A stretch of 64,000 nucleotides of DNA from an uncultured Conexibacteraceae bacterium. GTDB taxonomy: Bacteria > Actinomycetota > Thermoleophilia > Solirubrobacterales > Solirubrobacteraceae. A model generated the notes under the pieces. The model did not search any database. It was not told where the DNA came from and saw only the letters and a program-made list of their open reading frames with translations. The DNA is taken from positions 10,919 to 74,918 of the forward strand of contig CAVZDL010000016.1 of assembly GCA_963774025.1 (NCBI GenBank), given 5' to 3'. This document shows positions 27,181 to 36,199 of this stretch, one piece after another (the stretch's first letter is position 1; every line of letters starts with the position of its first letter). The position numbers were made by a program, and so were the translations under genes.

Positions 27181-29424
27181 ATGGCGGCGGCGATGGTGTG
27201 CGTGACACTCGCGTTGCTCGCCGCCTGGGCGCCCGCTGCTTTCGCGACCACGGGGACCACGATCACGGTCAATACGACCGAGACCTCGCCCACGCCCGGC
27301 GGTGGCCTGTGCTCGCTTTACGAGGCGGTCGAGTACTCCGACGGCGTCCCTGAGCCCGACTGCTCGAACGCGACTGTGTCGGGCACGACCACGATCGACC
27401 TGCCGGCGGGTAGGTACGTCATCCCCGCGACACTCGAGTTCGACTTCCAGACTGACCTTGTTGGCGCCAGCGCCGGGAACACAGTTATCGACGGTGGCAA
27501 CGCGGTAACGGTGATCGACGTCGCCAATCCGGCGACCGTCGCGATCAGCGGAGTCACGATCTCGGGCGGCACGACGGGACGCCCCAGCTGCAGGCTGGGT
27601 TTCGCGTGCCCGCCAGAGAACGGCATGGACGGTGGAGGGGTCGACAACCTCGGGACGCTGACGATGACCGACGCAATCGTTTCGGGCAACCAGACAGCTG
27701 GCGGCGGGACGGCCGTTATCGGCCCAGTGCTCTGCACAGGCGGGTGCTCGCCGTATTCCGGTCCGGATGGCGGCAACGGAGGTAACGGCGCCGGTATCTA
27801 CAACGGGACCGGCGCGACGTTGACCGTCGACGATTCCACTATCTCCAACAACACGACGGGGCCGGGATCCGCAGGTGGCGTCGGCGCCAGCGGTACCGGT
27901 GGCGACGTTTCGGCAGGGCAGACCGGAGGCGACGGAGGCGACGGCGGTGTCGGGGCTGGCATCTACAACGACAGCGGCGGGACGCTGACAATCGAGAATT
28001 CGACGATCTCCGGCAATACGACGGGCGCAGGCGGCGCGGCGGCGGACGGCACAGACGCCACCGCCAGCGGCGAGAGCGGTGGAAACAGCGGAAACGGAGG
28101 CGACGGTGGCAACGCCGCCGGAATCGAGAACGTCGGCACGCTCGCGATGACGGACTCGACGATCTCCGGGAACACCACGGGCGCCGGCGGCAACGGAGCC
28201 ACACCCGGATTGGGCGGCTCGTACGGCCAGGCTGGTTTTGGCGGCAATGGAGTGGCGCTCGACACCGGCGTCAACGCGACCACGACGTTGCTGAACACGA
28301 CGATCACCGGCAACGCAGCCGGTGGCGCCGGTCAAGGCGGGGAGCCTGGTGGCCCCGGCGCCACCGCCGGTGTCAACAACCTGAGCTTCATCGGGACGAC
28401 GTTGATCCACGTCACTATCGCCGACAACATCTCGGGCTATGACACCGCCCTCTACGCTACGGGCGGTCGGCCGCTGACCGAGACCGACTCAATCGTCGCC
28501 TCAAACACGGCCACCGCGGGTGGATCCATCTGCGACGGCGATGTGCTGGACGGCCTCCATAACGTGGCATTCGGCTCGCCCGGGTGTCCGGGAGCGACGG
28601 GCGACCCGAACCTCGGCCCCCTGCAGAACAACGGCGGTCCGACATTGACGATGGCGATCGGCCCCGGAAGCTCAGCGATCGGCCTGGTCCCGGTCTCCGC
28701 GTGCGATGCGACCTCCGACCAACGTGGGATCCACCGGCCCTACGACGGGCAGTGTGATGCCGGCGCCTATGAGGCGGCGCCGCCGCAGCTCGGCTCCGCC
28801 AGCGCGAGTGCGACCGGACCGCGCTCAGCCACGATCATGGGGCAGGTCACTCCCAACCTCACCGACACCAGGGTCGTCGTCGATTACGGAGCGAGCACCA
28901 AATACGGAGCCCGCACAGCCGCGGTCGACGCAGGTAGGGGCGCCGACGCGACGCCCTTCTCCGTGCTTCTGACCGGGCTCAAATCACATACGACCTACCA
29001 CGCCAAAGTGGTCGTAACCAACACGGACGGGGCGACATCCAGCGGAGACCTGACGTTCACGACGCCCGTCGCGATGACAGCGTCGGTGTCGGGCCGGTCG
29101 ATCAGGGGCAGCGAGGTCGCCGTCAGGATCCTCTGCACGGCTCACGGGCCGTCCTGCAAGGGCGCACTCAAGCTCACCTCGCACCTGACTATCAGCGGCG
29201 GGAGGGTGGTCGCCGTCGCGGCCAGGACCGTCAAACGGACCGTCGGCGTCGGCCGCTACTCGGTCCCCTCGGGTCGTACGAAGATCGTGAAGCTATCGCT
29301 GAACCGCACGGGTAAGCGGCTGCTCAAGGCGCGCCGGCGACTGCCGACCACGCTCACGACTTCGGGTGCCGCCAGGATCACCAAGCGAGTCACCTTCGTC
29401 TACCTCGCGAAGCGCCCGAAATAG
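27181..29424 (+). CDS. secreted parallel beta-helix repeat protein with N-terminal CSLREA-type motif and C-terminal Ig/FN3-like domains
   Basis: Signal peptide MAAAMVCVTLALLAAWAPAAFA|TT and the motif GGGLCSLYEAVEY. Repeated ...TI(S/E)(G/N)NT(T/A)G(A/P)GG... units with Gly-rich spacers. The C-terminal part reads VVDYGASTKYG...TYHAKVVVTNTDG. The track start at 27139 is TTG. Confidence 0.75.
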   Translation: MAAAMVCVTLALLAAWAPAAFATTGTTITVNTTETSPTPGGGLCSLYEAVEYSDGVPEPDCSNATVSGTTTIDLPAGRYVIPATLEFDFQTDLVGASAGNTVIDGGNAVTVIDVANPATVAISGVTISGGTTGRPSCRLGFACPPENGMDGGGVDNLGTLTMTDAIVSGNQTAGGGTAVIGPVLCTGGCSPYSGPDGGNGGNGAGIYNGTGATLTVDDSTISNNTTGPGSAGGVGASGTGGDVSAGQTGGDGGDGGVGAGIYNDSGGTLTIENSTISGNTTGAGGAAADGTDATASGESGGNSGNGGDGGNAAGIENVGTLAMTDSTISGNTTGAGGNGATPGLGGSYGQAGFGGNGVALDTGVNATTTLLNTTITGNAAGGAGQGGEPGGPGATAGVNNLSFIGTTLIHVTIADNISGYDTALYATGGRPLTETDSIVASNTATAGGSICDGDVLDGLHNVAFGSPGCPGATGDPNLGPLQNNGGPTLTMAIGPGSSAIGLVPVSACDATSDQRGIHRPYDGQCDAGAYEAAPPQLGSASASATGPRSATIMGQVTPNLTDTRVVVDYGASTKYGARTAAVDAGRGADATPFSVLLTGLKSHTTYHAKVVVTNTDGATSSGDLTFTTPVAMTASVSGRSIRGSEVAVRILCTAHGPSCKGALKLTSHLTISGGRVVAVAARTVKRTVGVGRYSVPSGRTKIVKLSLNRTGKRLLKARRRLPTTLTTSGAARITKRVTFVYLAKRPK

Positions 29425-29456
29425 CGCCGCACGCTACAGTTACGGCTCTTTCCCAG

Positions 29457-29529
29457 GGCGATTAGCTCAGCTGGGAGAGCGCCGCCTCGACAAGGCGGAG
29501 GTCACTGGTTCGAGCCCAGTATCGCCCAC
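29457..29529 (+). tRNA. tRNA-Val (anticodon GAC), CCA not encoded
   Basis: Hand-folded cloverleaf: GGGCGAT/ATCGCCC acceptor, GCTC/GAGC D-stem, CCGCC/GGCGG anticodon stem, loop TCGACAA, ACTGG/CCAGT T-stem with TTCGAGC loop. Position 33 reads C instead of the usual U. Confidence 0.8.
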
Positions 29530-29588
29530 TGAGCAGCCGCGTGAGGAGAGGCGCGTGCACCTGCTTCGAGGCGGGTCGGCGCGGCAAC

Positions 29589-30332
29589 CTAGCGCGCCGC
29601 CAGCAGCCGGGCGAGGAACCTCTGGGTCTCCGGGCGTTTCGGGTTTGTGAATAGCTCATCCGGCGGTGCCTGTTCGATGATTTGTCCGTCTTGCAAAAAG
29701 CAGACGTGATCGGCCACGTCGCGCGCAAAGTTCATCTCGTGCGTAGCGATGATCATTGTCATGCCATCGGCCTTGAGCTCGCGGATGGTGTTCAGCACAT
29801 CGCCGACAAGTTCAGGGTCGAGCGCCGATGTCACCTCGTCGAGCAGCAGGGCCCGCGGCCTGGTCAGGATCGCTCGCGCTATCGCAACACGTTGCTGTTG
29901 GCCGCCAGAAAGCCTGTCGGGGTAATCGCGTCCACGATCCCCGAGTCCGAAACGTTCGAGTAGTTCCAGCCCCTCACGGCGTGCCGTCTCGGGGTCCGTC
30001 CCCTGGCCCCGAATTGCACCGAGCGTGACGTTGTCCAGGACCCGGAGGTGCGGGAACAGGTTGAAGGCCTGGAATACCAGCCCGAGCCGGCGACGGAACG
30101 GTACGGGGTTGGTGTTCGGGACGGTGATGCACTCACCCTCCAGGAAGATGTCCCCGTCATCAATCTCCTCTAGCAGATCAACGCAGCGCAGAAGCGTGGA
30201 CTTGCCCGAGCCTGAGGCACCGATCAGCGCCAGCGCCTCATGCTCGTTCACGGTCATATCGATGCCGCCGAGCACCTGCTTGTCGCCATATGACTTCGTC
30301 ACACCGCGAATCTCAAGGACTGGCTTGCTCAT
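29589..30332 (-). CDS. amino-acid ABC transporter ATP-binding protein
   Basis: Start MSKPVLEIRGVTKSYG at ATG 30332. Walker A GASGSGKST, signature LSGGQQQRVAIARA and Walker B LLLDEVTSALD. The longer track ORF is a shadow extension. Confidence 0.9.
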   Translation of the reverse strand: MSKPVLEIRGVTKSYGDKQVLGGIDMTVNEHEALALIGASGSGKSTLLRCVDLLEEIDDGDIFLEGECITVPNTNPVPFRRRLGLVFQAFNLFPHLRVLDNVTLGAIRGQGTDPETARREGLELLERFGLGDRGRDYPDRLSGGQQQRVAIARAILTRPRALLLDEVTSALDPELVGDVLNTIRELKADGMTMIIATHEMNFARDVADHVCFLQDGQIIEQAPPDELFTNPKRPETQRFLARLLAAR

Positions 30333-31192
30333 CGCGGGCCCAGTGCGAGCATGGCGCCGCGTTCGGTGAGCGCGCGGGCCTGCATCCTGTCGACGATTCG
30401 CGTCAGCGGGACCGTGACGCAGAGATACAACGCCGCGGCAGCAAGGAACGGCGTGTAGTTGAAATTCGCCGCCGACGCGACCTGCGCCATACGGAACGCC
30501 TCCGCCGGCCCGATCACGGAGACGAGGGCGACGTCCTTCTGAACCGAGATGAAGTCGTTCAGCAACGGCGGCAGCACACGTCTGACCGCCTGCGGCACGA
30601 TCACGAATCGCAGCGCCTGTTGACGCGTGAGACCGAGCGCGAGGGCTGCGCCGCCCTGGCTTGGATGGATCGACTGGATCCCGGCCCTGAAGACCTCCGA
30701 CACATACGCCGAGTAACACAGCGTCAGCGCTATACCGCCGAGCACTGTGGCGCTCGTCGGCAGGCCCTTCAGGTTGAGCGCCGGCACCCCGAAACCGATC
30801 ACGTAGACCGTCAGCAGCGTCGGTACGCCGCGCATAACGTCCACGAACACGACGCAGACGACCTTCAGCGGGAACAGAATCGGCGCCGAAGCGATCCGGC
30901 AGAGCGCGATCAACAGACCGAGGATCAGGACCGCTACTTCGATCAGCAGGAACATCCGCACGTCGAGCCAGAAGCCGCCCAGGACCGAACCGAACGACGA
31001 AGCAAACTCGCGCGTGGAGAAGAACTCGGTGCGCACAGCGGGCCACCCCGGGCTCGTAAGAATCGCCAGCGCCGCCAAGCCGAGCACGACTGCTGTCGAG
31101 ACGGCGGAGATCGCTATGTGCCTACGGCTCCGCGCCTGTTTCGCGCGGTCCCGGTCGGTCTTGGTCGTCAGTTCGCTCGTGGCGGCGCTCAT
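30329..31192 (-). CDS. amino-acid ABC transporter permease (HisM/GlnP type)
   Basis: 287 aa and multi-TM. Contains an EAA-like loop (GLTRQQALRFVIVPQAVRRVLPPLLN). Overlaps the ATPase gene by 4 nt. Confidence 0.85.
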   Translation of the reverse strand: MSAATSELTTKTDRDRAKQARSRRHIAISAVSTAVVLGLAALAILTSPGWPAVRTEFFSTREFASSFGSVLGGFWLDVRMFLLIEVAVLILGLLIALCRIASAPILFPLKVVCVVFVDVMRGVPTLLTVYVIGFGVPALNLKGLPTSATVLGGIALTLCYSAYVSEVFRAGIQSIHPSQGGAALALGLTRQQALRFVIVPQAVRRVLPPLLNDFISVQKDVALVSVIGPAEAFRMAQVASAANFNYTPFLAAAALYLCVTVPLTRIVDRMQARALTERGAMLALGPR

Positions 31193-31237
31193 AGCTGAAG
31201 CAGGATTCCGAAGGTCCCGCTGGTGCGCCTGGCGCGT

Positions 31238-32095
31238 TTACTTCTTCAGGAACGGAATCTTCGCGTCCTGCGGAATCCACCTGGTGTGGAGTGCGGCGAG
31301 CGTCCCGTTGTTTGTAAGTGTCTGGATGGCATGGTTCACGCATGGGAGCAGCGAGGAGCCCTTGCCCAGCAGTACCCCCCAGTTGTTACCGCTGGGTGCG
31401 TTGAACTTACCGACGACGACCGCGTGCTTCAGCTCACTCGATGCCAGGTACTCGGTGGTCGCCAGATCGGTGACGATCGCCTGCACACGATTAATTTTGA
31501 AGGCCTCGACAACATCGCTGGAGCCGTTGAAGATGTCCGGCTGCTGCTTGGGCTTGACGTACTGCTGCACGGCGGCCAGGCTCGTGGTGCCAATCTGCAC
31601 CCCGAACTTCGCGCTCGCCAGCTGTGCGAGCGACTTGGCATGCGCGTACGGACCCGTCGTCGAGACGATGATCCCCTGAGGATCCTGGTAGTACGGAAGC
31701 GATAGGTCGACTGCCTTCTGTCGCGGCCCGGTGATCGAAATCTCGTTGATGTCGAAGTCGAAGCTCTTCGGGCCGGGCGCGTAGGACGAGTCGAAGGGCT
31801 CGACGACCCACTTCACCTTGCTCTTGGAGTATCCGAGCTGCTTAGCGATCGCGTAGGCAACGGCGCCCTCAAACCCCTTGCCATTCGAAGGATCGTTGTG
31901 CACGAAGTACGGCGTGTAGGCGGGCGAATCGGTCGCCAGCGTGAGGATCCCCGGCGTGTGGGTCTTGAGTTTGCTGGGCGTACACGAAGCGGGGCTGAAC
32001 TTCGCGGCTTTGGTCGTCTTTGGTGACCCGCAGCCAGCGATCGCAACACCGGCAGTCGCGGCTGCCACCACAACAAAGGAGAGCGCCTTCCTCAT
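31238..32095 (-). CDS. amino-acid ABC transporter substrate-binding lipoprotein
   Basis: Start MRKALSFVVVAAATAGVAIAGCGS (lipobox) at ATG 32095, followed by a family-3 solute-binding-protein-like body. Confidence 0.85.
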   Translation of the reverse strand: MRKALSFVVVAAATAGVAIAGCGSPKTTKAAKFSPASCTPSKLKTHTPGILTLATDSPAYTPYFVHNDPSNGKGFEGAVAYAIAKQLGYSKSKVKWVVEPFDSSYAPGPKSFDFDINEISITGPRQKAVDLSLPYYQDPQGIIVSTTGPYAHAKSLAQLASAKFGVQIGTTSLAAVQQYVKPKQQPDIFNGSSDVVEAFKINRVQAIVTDLATTEYLASSELKHAVVVGKFNAPSGNNWGVLLGKGSSLLPCVNHAIQTLTNNGTLAALHTRWIPQDAKIPFLKK

Positions 32096-32109
32096 ATAAC
32101 GTCGCGAGC

Positions 32110-32456
32110 CTACACCGGCACCCGGTCGCACACCGGAGGCGAGTCGGGGAGCGTTCTCAGCCCGTGCGCGCGCATACATCTGGCGAGCGTGACGAGCTGG
32201 GCCTTGCGTGCCGCCGGCCCGGGACCATAACCGGATTTGCCGGCCTCCATCAGTCCGCGGCACCTGTCTGTGGCGGATTGGAAAGCTGGGGACTGCGGAT
32301 TGATCCCGCCGACACACCGCCCGAGGCGATCTTGCTGGGCTTGTTTGAGCGACCGCTAGTGGAACTGTTCGGTTTGGTCGACGACCCGCAGGCAGCTAGC
32401 GCGAGCGTGCAAGCGACGGCGAACGTGGTGGGCACGAGGAAGTGTCTTGGGTGCAT
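32110..32456 (-). pseudogene. fragmented fourth copy of the 'CMRxHG' lipoprotein family (two overlapping small ORFs)
   Basis: ORF-a 32456..32250 gives MHPRHFLVPTTFAVACTLALAACGSS... (lipobox) and then a stop. ORF-b 32250..32110, in another frame, gives MEAGKSGYGPGPAARKAQLVTLARCMRAHGLRTLPDSPPVCDRVPV*, which carries the family motif. The stop and start overlap as TGATG. Confidence 0.5.
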
Positions 32457-32583
32457 GCTCCGGTCGGGGTATAACGGCCTGCGAATAACAGTGAGGTAAC
32501 GGAATGACGCGCCCCGCCGCGTCGAGGTCATAGACAGTCCGTTCGTAACCGCGGCGTTACCAGCCCGTCGGTACAACACGCGC

Positions 32584-33072
32584 GTGTCCGTGCCTTTACG
32601 GTCCACCCTGCCCCGCCTGCTGATCGCGACGTGCGCGACCGTCTCCTGCGTGATTGCGATCGCCGGATGCGGCTCGGCGAGCGTACCGATCACCAGAACC
32701 GGCACCACCAGCTCGAACTCACACGCGATCGCGCTCAGGTTCGCGGCATGCATGCGCTCGCACGGCGTAGCGAACTTCGCCGACCCTGCGCCGAACGGCC
32801 AGAGCCCAAGCGTCCGAGTTGATAAGCGCTCCCCGGCGTTCCAGGCCGCCCAGCGGGCATGCAGGAGCCTGCAGGCAGGGCTGGCGAACATCAAACCGGG
32901 CAAGTCCCGTGCGCGGCAGCTTGAGAGCGCCGAGTGCATGCGAGCACACGGCGTGCCGGGCTACCCCGATCCACTCCCTGGCGGAGGCTTCAGAATCCCC
33001 TCGACGATCAACACACAATCGCCCGCATTCATTGCCGCGTCGAGGGCATGTGAGCGGAAACGACCTCAGTAG
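32584..33072 (+). CDS. small lipoprotein with duplicated 2-Cys 'CMRxHG...(F)PDP...SPAF..A..AC' module (copy A)
   Basis: Lipobox VIAIAGCGS. Module 1 is FAACMRSHGVANFADP...SPAFQAAQRAC. Module 2 is SAECMRAHGVPGYPDP...SPAFIAASRAC. Confidence 0.75.
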   Translation: MSVPLRSTLPRLLIATCATVSCVIAIAGCGSASVPITRTGTTSSNSHAIALRFAACMRSHGVANFADPAPNGQSPSVRVDKRSPAFQAAQRACRSLQAGLANIKPGKSRARQLESAECMRAHGVPGYPDPLPGGGFRIPSTINTQSPAFIAASRACERKRPQ

Positions 33073-33136
33073 CGAGCGCATCCAACGGCGCCGGACGCAC
33101 GCGGCTCGGGCTGTGGATCGAGGAGGGTCGCGAGGG

Positions 33137-33790
33137 TCACCGCATGCGGTAGCCGGCGCCGACCAGCGTCTCGATCACCTCGGGCTCGCCGAGCTTGCGC
33201 CGCAAACGCGTGAGCGTCACCACCACCGTGCGCGTGAACGGGTCGGCGTTCTCGTCCCAGACCCGCTCGAGTAGTTCCTCGGCACTCACCACCCCGCCGT
33301 CGGCTTCCAACAGCACCTCAAGCACACCAAGCTCCTTGCGCGTCAGCGAGAGCTCACGTCCCGCGCGCCTTGCCTGGCGACGCGCGCGGTCGAGCGTAAG
33401 ATCCCCCCTGGCGAGGATCGGCGGTCCTGCAGGGGCGCGCCGCGCAAGCGCCTGTATGCGTGCGACCAGCTCCTCGAACGCGAACGGTTTGGGCAGGTAG
33501 TCGTCGGCACCCAGGTTGAGGCCCTCGACACGGTCGCGGATCGTGGCCGCTGCCGTCAGCATCAGGATGCGGGCATCCGAGCCCGCATCGCGCAATGCCA
33601 CGCAGACGTCGTCGCCATGCGTCGTCGGCAGGTCACGGTCGAGCACAATCACGTCGTAGCGATACACCGAACCCTTCTGCAGCGCCAACGCACCGTCGGT
33701 TGCCACATCGGTGGCGATTCCGCGGTCGCGTAGCCCCTCGGCGATGTCGGCGGCAAGTTCGACGTGATCCTCGGCCACGAGTACGCGCAT
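33137..33790 (-). CDS. OmpR/PhoB-family response regulator (no sensor kinase adjacent)
   Basis: Start MRVLVAEDH. Receiver Asp context VIVLDRDLP, LTAA...DDYLPKPF, and a winged-helix C-terminus (LTRKELGVLEVLL...VVVTLTRLRRKL). Confidence 0.9.
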   Translation of the reverse strand: MRVLVAEDHVELAADIAEGLRDRGIATDVATDGALALQKGSVYRYDVIVLDRDLPTTHGDDVCVALRDAGSDARILMLTAAATIRDRVEGLNLGADDYLPKPFAFEELVARIQALARRAPAGPPILARGDLTLDRARRQARRAGRELSLTRKELGVLEVLLEADGGVVSAEELLERVWDENADPFTRTVVVTLTRLRRKLGEPEVIETLVGAGYRMR

Positions 33791-33889
33791 GCGGACATCG
33801 TCTAACACCGCCGGTCACAAAGCCATCACAGTGTGTGAGCACCGCCGCTGTTGCACTGGTGTGATCGTCCGCGCGCTACCACTTCCGCC

Positions 33890-34468
33890 ATGTTCAGACC
33901 AACAGCTCCTCTTCCCCGCACCGCCGCCGTGCTGGTGGCCACGACCCTGATCGCGGCCTGCGGTTCGGGCTCGCATCATCCACAACCGTCCTCAGCCGCG
34001 TCGCAGCTGACCTCCGTCAACGGCGTGCGGATCACCGTCGCCCAGGCGCAGCACTCGCTGGTCAGGTTCGCCAGCTGCATGCATTCCCACGGCGTCAACG
34101 GCCTGCCGAACCCGGTCGCGGACCCGGCCGCATTCAAGCACTCGTTCACCACCACGACACCCACGTACATATCGGCGATGGACACCTGCCAGAGGCTGCT
34201 TCCGGGGCAGCAGACCGACAGCCAGGGCTCGGCGCATTCGCGTAAGCAGATCGATGCAATGCTGGCGTTCGCACGGTGCATTCGCAGCCACGGCCTCTCG
34301 CGCTTCCCGGACCCGACCAGTACCGGCGAACTGAACCACGCGATGCTCGCTCAGGCCGGTATAGACCTACATCAGCCGGCTGTCGTGCAGGCGGCCGATG
34401 CATGCGTGAGTGTCACTCACGGGGTCATCACCAGAGCCATCGTGGCCCGCTTCATCGCGGGTCATTGA
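33890..34468 (+). CDS. small lipoprotein of the same duplicated 2-Cys family (copy B)
   Basis: Start MFRPTAPLPRTAAVLVATTLIAACGSG (lipobox). Modules FASCMHSHGVNGLPNP...MDTC and FARCIRSHGLSRFPDP...AADAC. Confidence 0.7.
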   Translation: MFRPTAPLPRTAAVLVATTLIAACGSGSHHPQPSSAASQLTSVNGVRITVAQAQHSLVRFASCMHSHGVNGLPNPVADPAAFKHSFTTTTPTYISAMDTCQRLLPGQQTDSQGSAHSRKQIDAMLAFARCIRSHGLSRFPDPTSTGELNHAMLAQAGIDLHQPAVVQAADACVSVTHGVITRAIVARFIAGH

Positions 34469-34506
34469 AAGCGGGGCACGCGGGCTAGCGGCGGCGCCTC
34501 AGGAAG

Positions 34507-35613
34507 TCACGCCAGCTCCGCCAGGCGAGCGATCTCGGCATCGCTCGTCCACGCGCCGACGGAGGCTCTGACCAGCCGGGCGGAGGGAATGCTGCGGACG
34601 ATCACGCCGTGAGAAGCCAGCCGCGTGACCTCTGCGTCGGCATCCTCGGCGCTCCAGGACACGAGTGTCGAACGTCCGCGCGGGGCAACGAGATGACCAC
34701 GCGCGCGGAGCAGCTCGGCGAGTTGTCCGGCTCCGGCGGCCGCCCGGTCGTGTACCCACGCCCAACCGGCCCCGGCCAGCACGCCCATCGACGCGAGCGC
34801 CCACGCACTGCGGATCGGGCTCGGGAAGCCGTCGTCGAGACGCGCAGAGCCGTCGGCGAGCCCTGACGCGAGCGGGTCGTCGTGATCGGCAACAGTCATG
34901 TAGCCGGGGAACGGCGGCTCGAGCTCCTCGAGCCGGTCGGGACGCACATAGAGCGCTCCGCTTCCCTCCGGACCGCACATCCACTTCTGTCCCGAACCGG
35001 CGTAGAAGTCCACGCCCAGCTCGTGCACGTCGACGGCGATCGCTCCGAGCGCCTGGGCGGCATCGAGCAGGATCGGCACACCGGTGGCCCGCAACGCTTC
35101 CACATCCATGACCTCGCCGCCGACCCAGGAGACGTGCGAGCAGGCGACCAGTCGCGTGTTCGGCCCGACCTCCCCCGGCAGCTCGGCAAACGGAACGACC
35201 CTGATCTTCACGCCGGCCGCGACACGCGCACGCCGCAACGGCGCGAGCACGCCCGGATGCTCCTGGTCGCTGGTGAGGATCTCCTGGCCTGCCGAGAAGC
35301 TCAACCCGCCCAGCACCGTATTCACCCCGTACGTCGTGGAATTGGTGAGCGCGATCTCGGTGGTTTCTGCGCCGAGTGCGTCGGCGTAACCAGCGCGAGC
35401 CCGTGCCGCGAGCTCCATCACCTGTTCGAAGTGCGCTCTGCCAACGCGCCCCTCGGTGACCTCGGCGTGAAGTAGTTCGCGCACGGCATCCCCTGCCGCC
35501 TGCGGCACGGGCCCCGCAGTTCCCGCGTTGAGGTAGGACCACCGCTCCAGCACCCGGAACTGCTCGCGGAACGCTGTCGCGTCGACGTGCTCTGCCATCA
35601 CGCGGTAGTCCAT
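34507..35613 (-). CDS. class-V aminotransferase-fold PLP enzyme (cysteine desulfurase / isopenicillin-N epimerase-like)
   Basis: YLNAGTAGPVP, LTSDQEHPG and a lysine context (SGQKWMCGPEGSGALYV) typical of fold-type-I class V enzymes. The start is uncertain: GTG 35670, ATG 35613 or ATG 35598. Confidence 0.75.
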   Translation of the reverse strand: MDYRVMAEHVDATAFREQFRVLERWSYLNAGTAGPVPQAAGDAVRELLHAEVTEGRVGRAHFEQVMELAARARAGYADALGAETTEIALTNSTTYGVNTVLGGLSFSAGQEILTSDQEHPGVLAPLRRARVAAGVKIRVVPFAELPGEVGPNTRLVACSHVSWVGGEVMDVEALRATGVPILLDAAQALGAIAVDVHELGVDFYAGSGQKWMCGPEGSGALYVRPDRLEELEPPFPGYMTVADHDDPLASGLADGSARLDDGFPSPIRSAWALASMGVLAGAGWAWVHDRAAAGAGQLAELLRARGHLVAPRGRSTLVSWSAEDADAEVTRLASHGVIVRSIPSARLVRASVGAWTSDAEIARLAELA

Positions 35614-35713
35614 CACAGACGCGTCCGTCCGCGCGCTGCGCGAAGTCTTCGCGACCTGATCGGGGAGCACGTCGGGCTGGACGTCTGTTGATCAGTCAAC
35701 TACAATAATCTGT

Positions 35714-36199
35714 ATGGCGGTCGCATCTGACACCTCGCGCCTCGACGGCATAGCACTCGAAGGCTGGCGCAGCTATCTGCAAAGCCACGCCGCGATCGTG
35801 CGCGAGCTGGATGCCGAGCTGATCGCGCAGCACGGGATGACCACGCGCGACTACGAGGTCCTGCTCTACCTGGCCCAGTCCGAGGAGCAGAAGCTGCCGA
35901 TGTCGGCGTTGTCGGAGCGCACGATGCTTACGCGCTCGGGCATCACCAGGCTAATCGACGGCCTCGTCGGCGAGGGCCTGATCGAGCGAGTTTCGTGCCC
36001 GAGCGACGCGCGCGTGTCTTACGCACGCCTGACGCTCGCCGGGTATCGGAAGCTGAAGCAGGCCGGCTGCACACATGTCGCCAGCATCGAGCGCCTGTTC
36101 CTCGCGCACTTCACGCCCGCAGAACTCGAGCAGCTCGCCGGCCTTCTGGCCCGGCTCCCGGGCGCCACGCGCGACGGCGGCGCCTGCACCGTCGCCTGA
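35714..36199 (+). CDS. MarR-family transcriptional regulator
   Basis: 161 aa. Winged HTH: DYEVLLYLAQSEEQKLPMSALSERTMLTRSGITRLIDGLVGEGLIERV..DARVSY. Confidence 0.88.
   Translation: MAVASDTSRLDGIALEGWRSYLQSHAAIVRELDAELIAQHGMTTRDYEVLLYLAQSEEQKLPMSALSERTMLTRSGITRLIDGLVGEGLIERVSCPSDARVSYARLTLAGYRKLKQAGCTHVASIERLFLAHFTPAELEQLAGLLARLPGATRDGGACTVA

Noticed and set aside
27094-28410. 438-aa minus-strand ORF, plus other ORFs, antisense to the beta-helix gene
   Set aside because: The composition (R/G/A/D-rich, no K/I/F/Y) and complete overlap with a signal-peptide-bearing repeat protein indicate a shadow frame.
34499-35542. 347-aa minus-strand ORF in a second frame over the class-V aminotransferase gene
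   Set aside because: It is extremely Arg-rich (RRRxRR runs). The other frame has the PLP-enzyme motifs.
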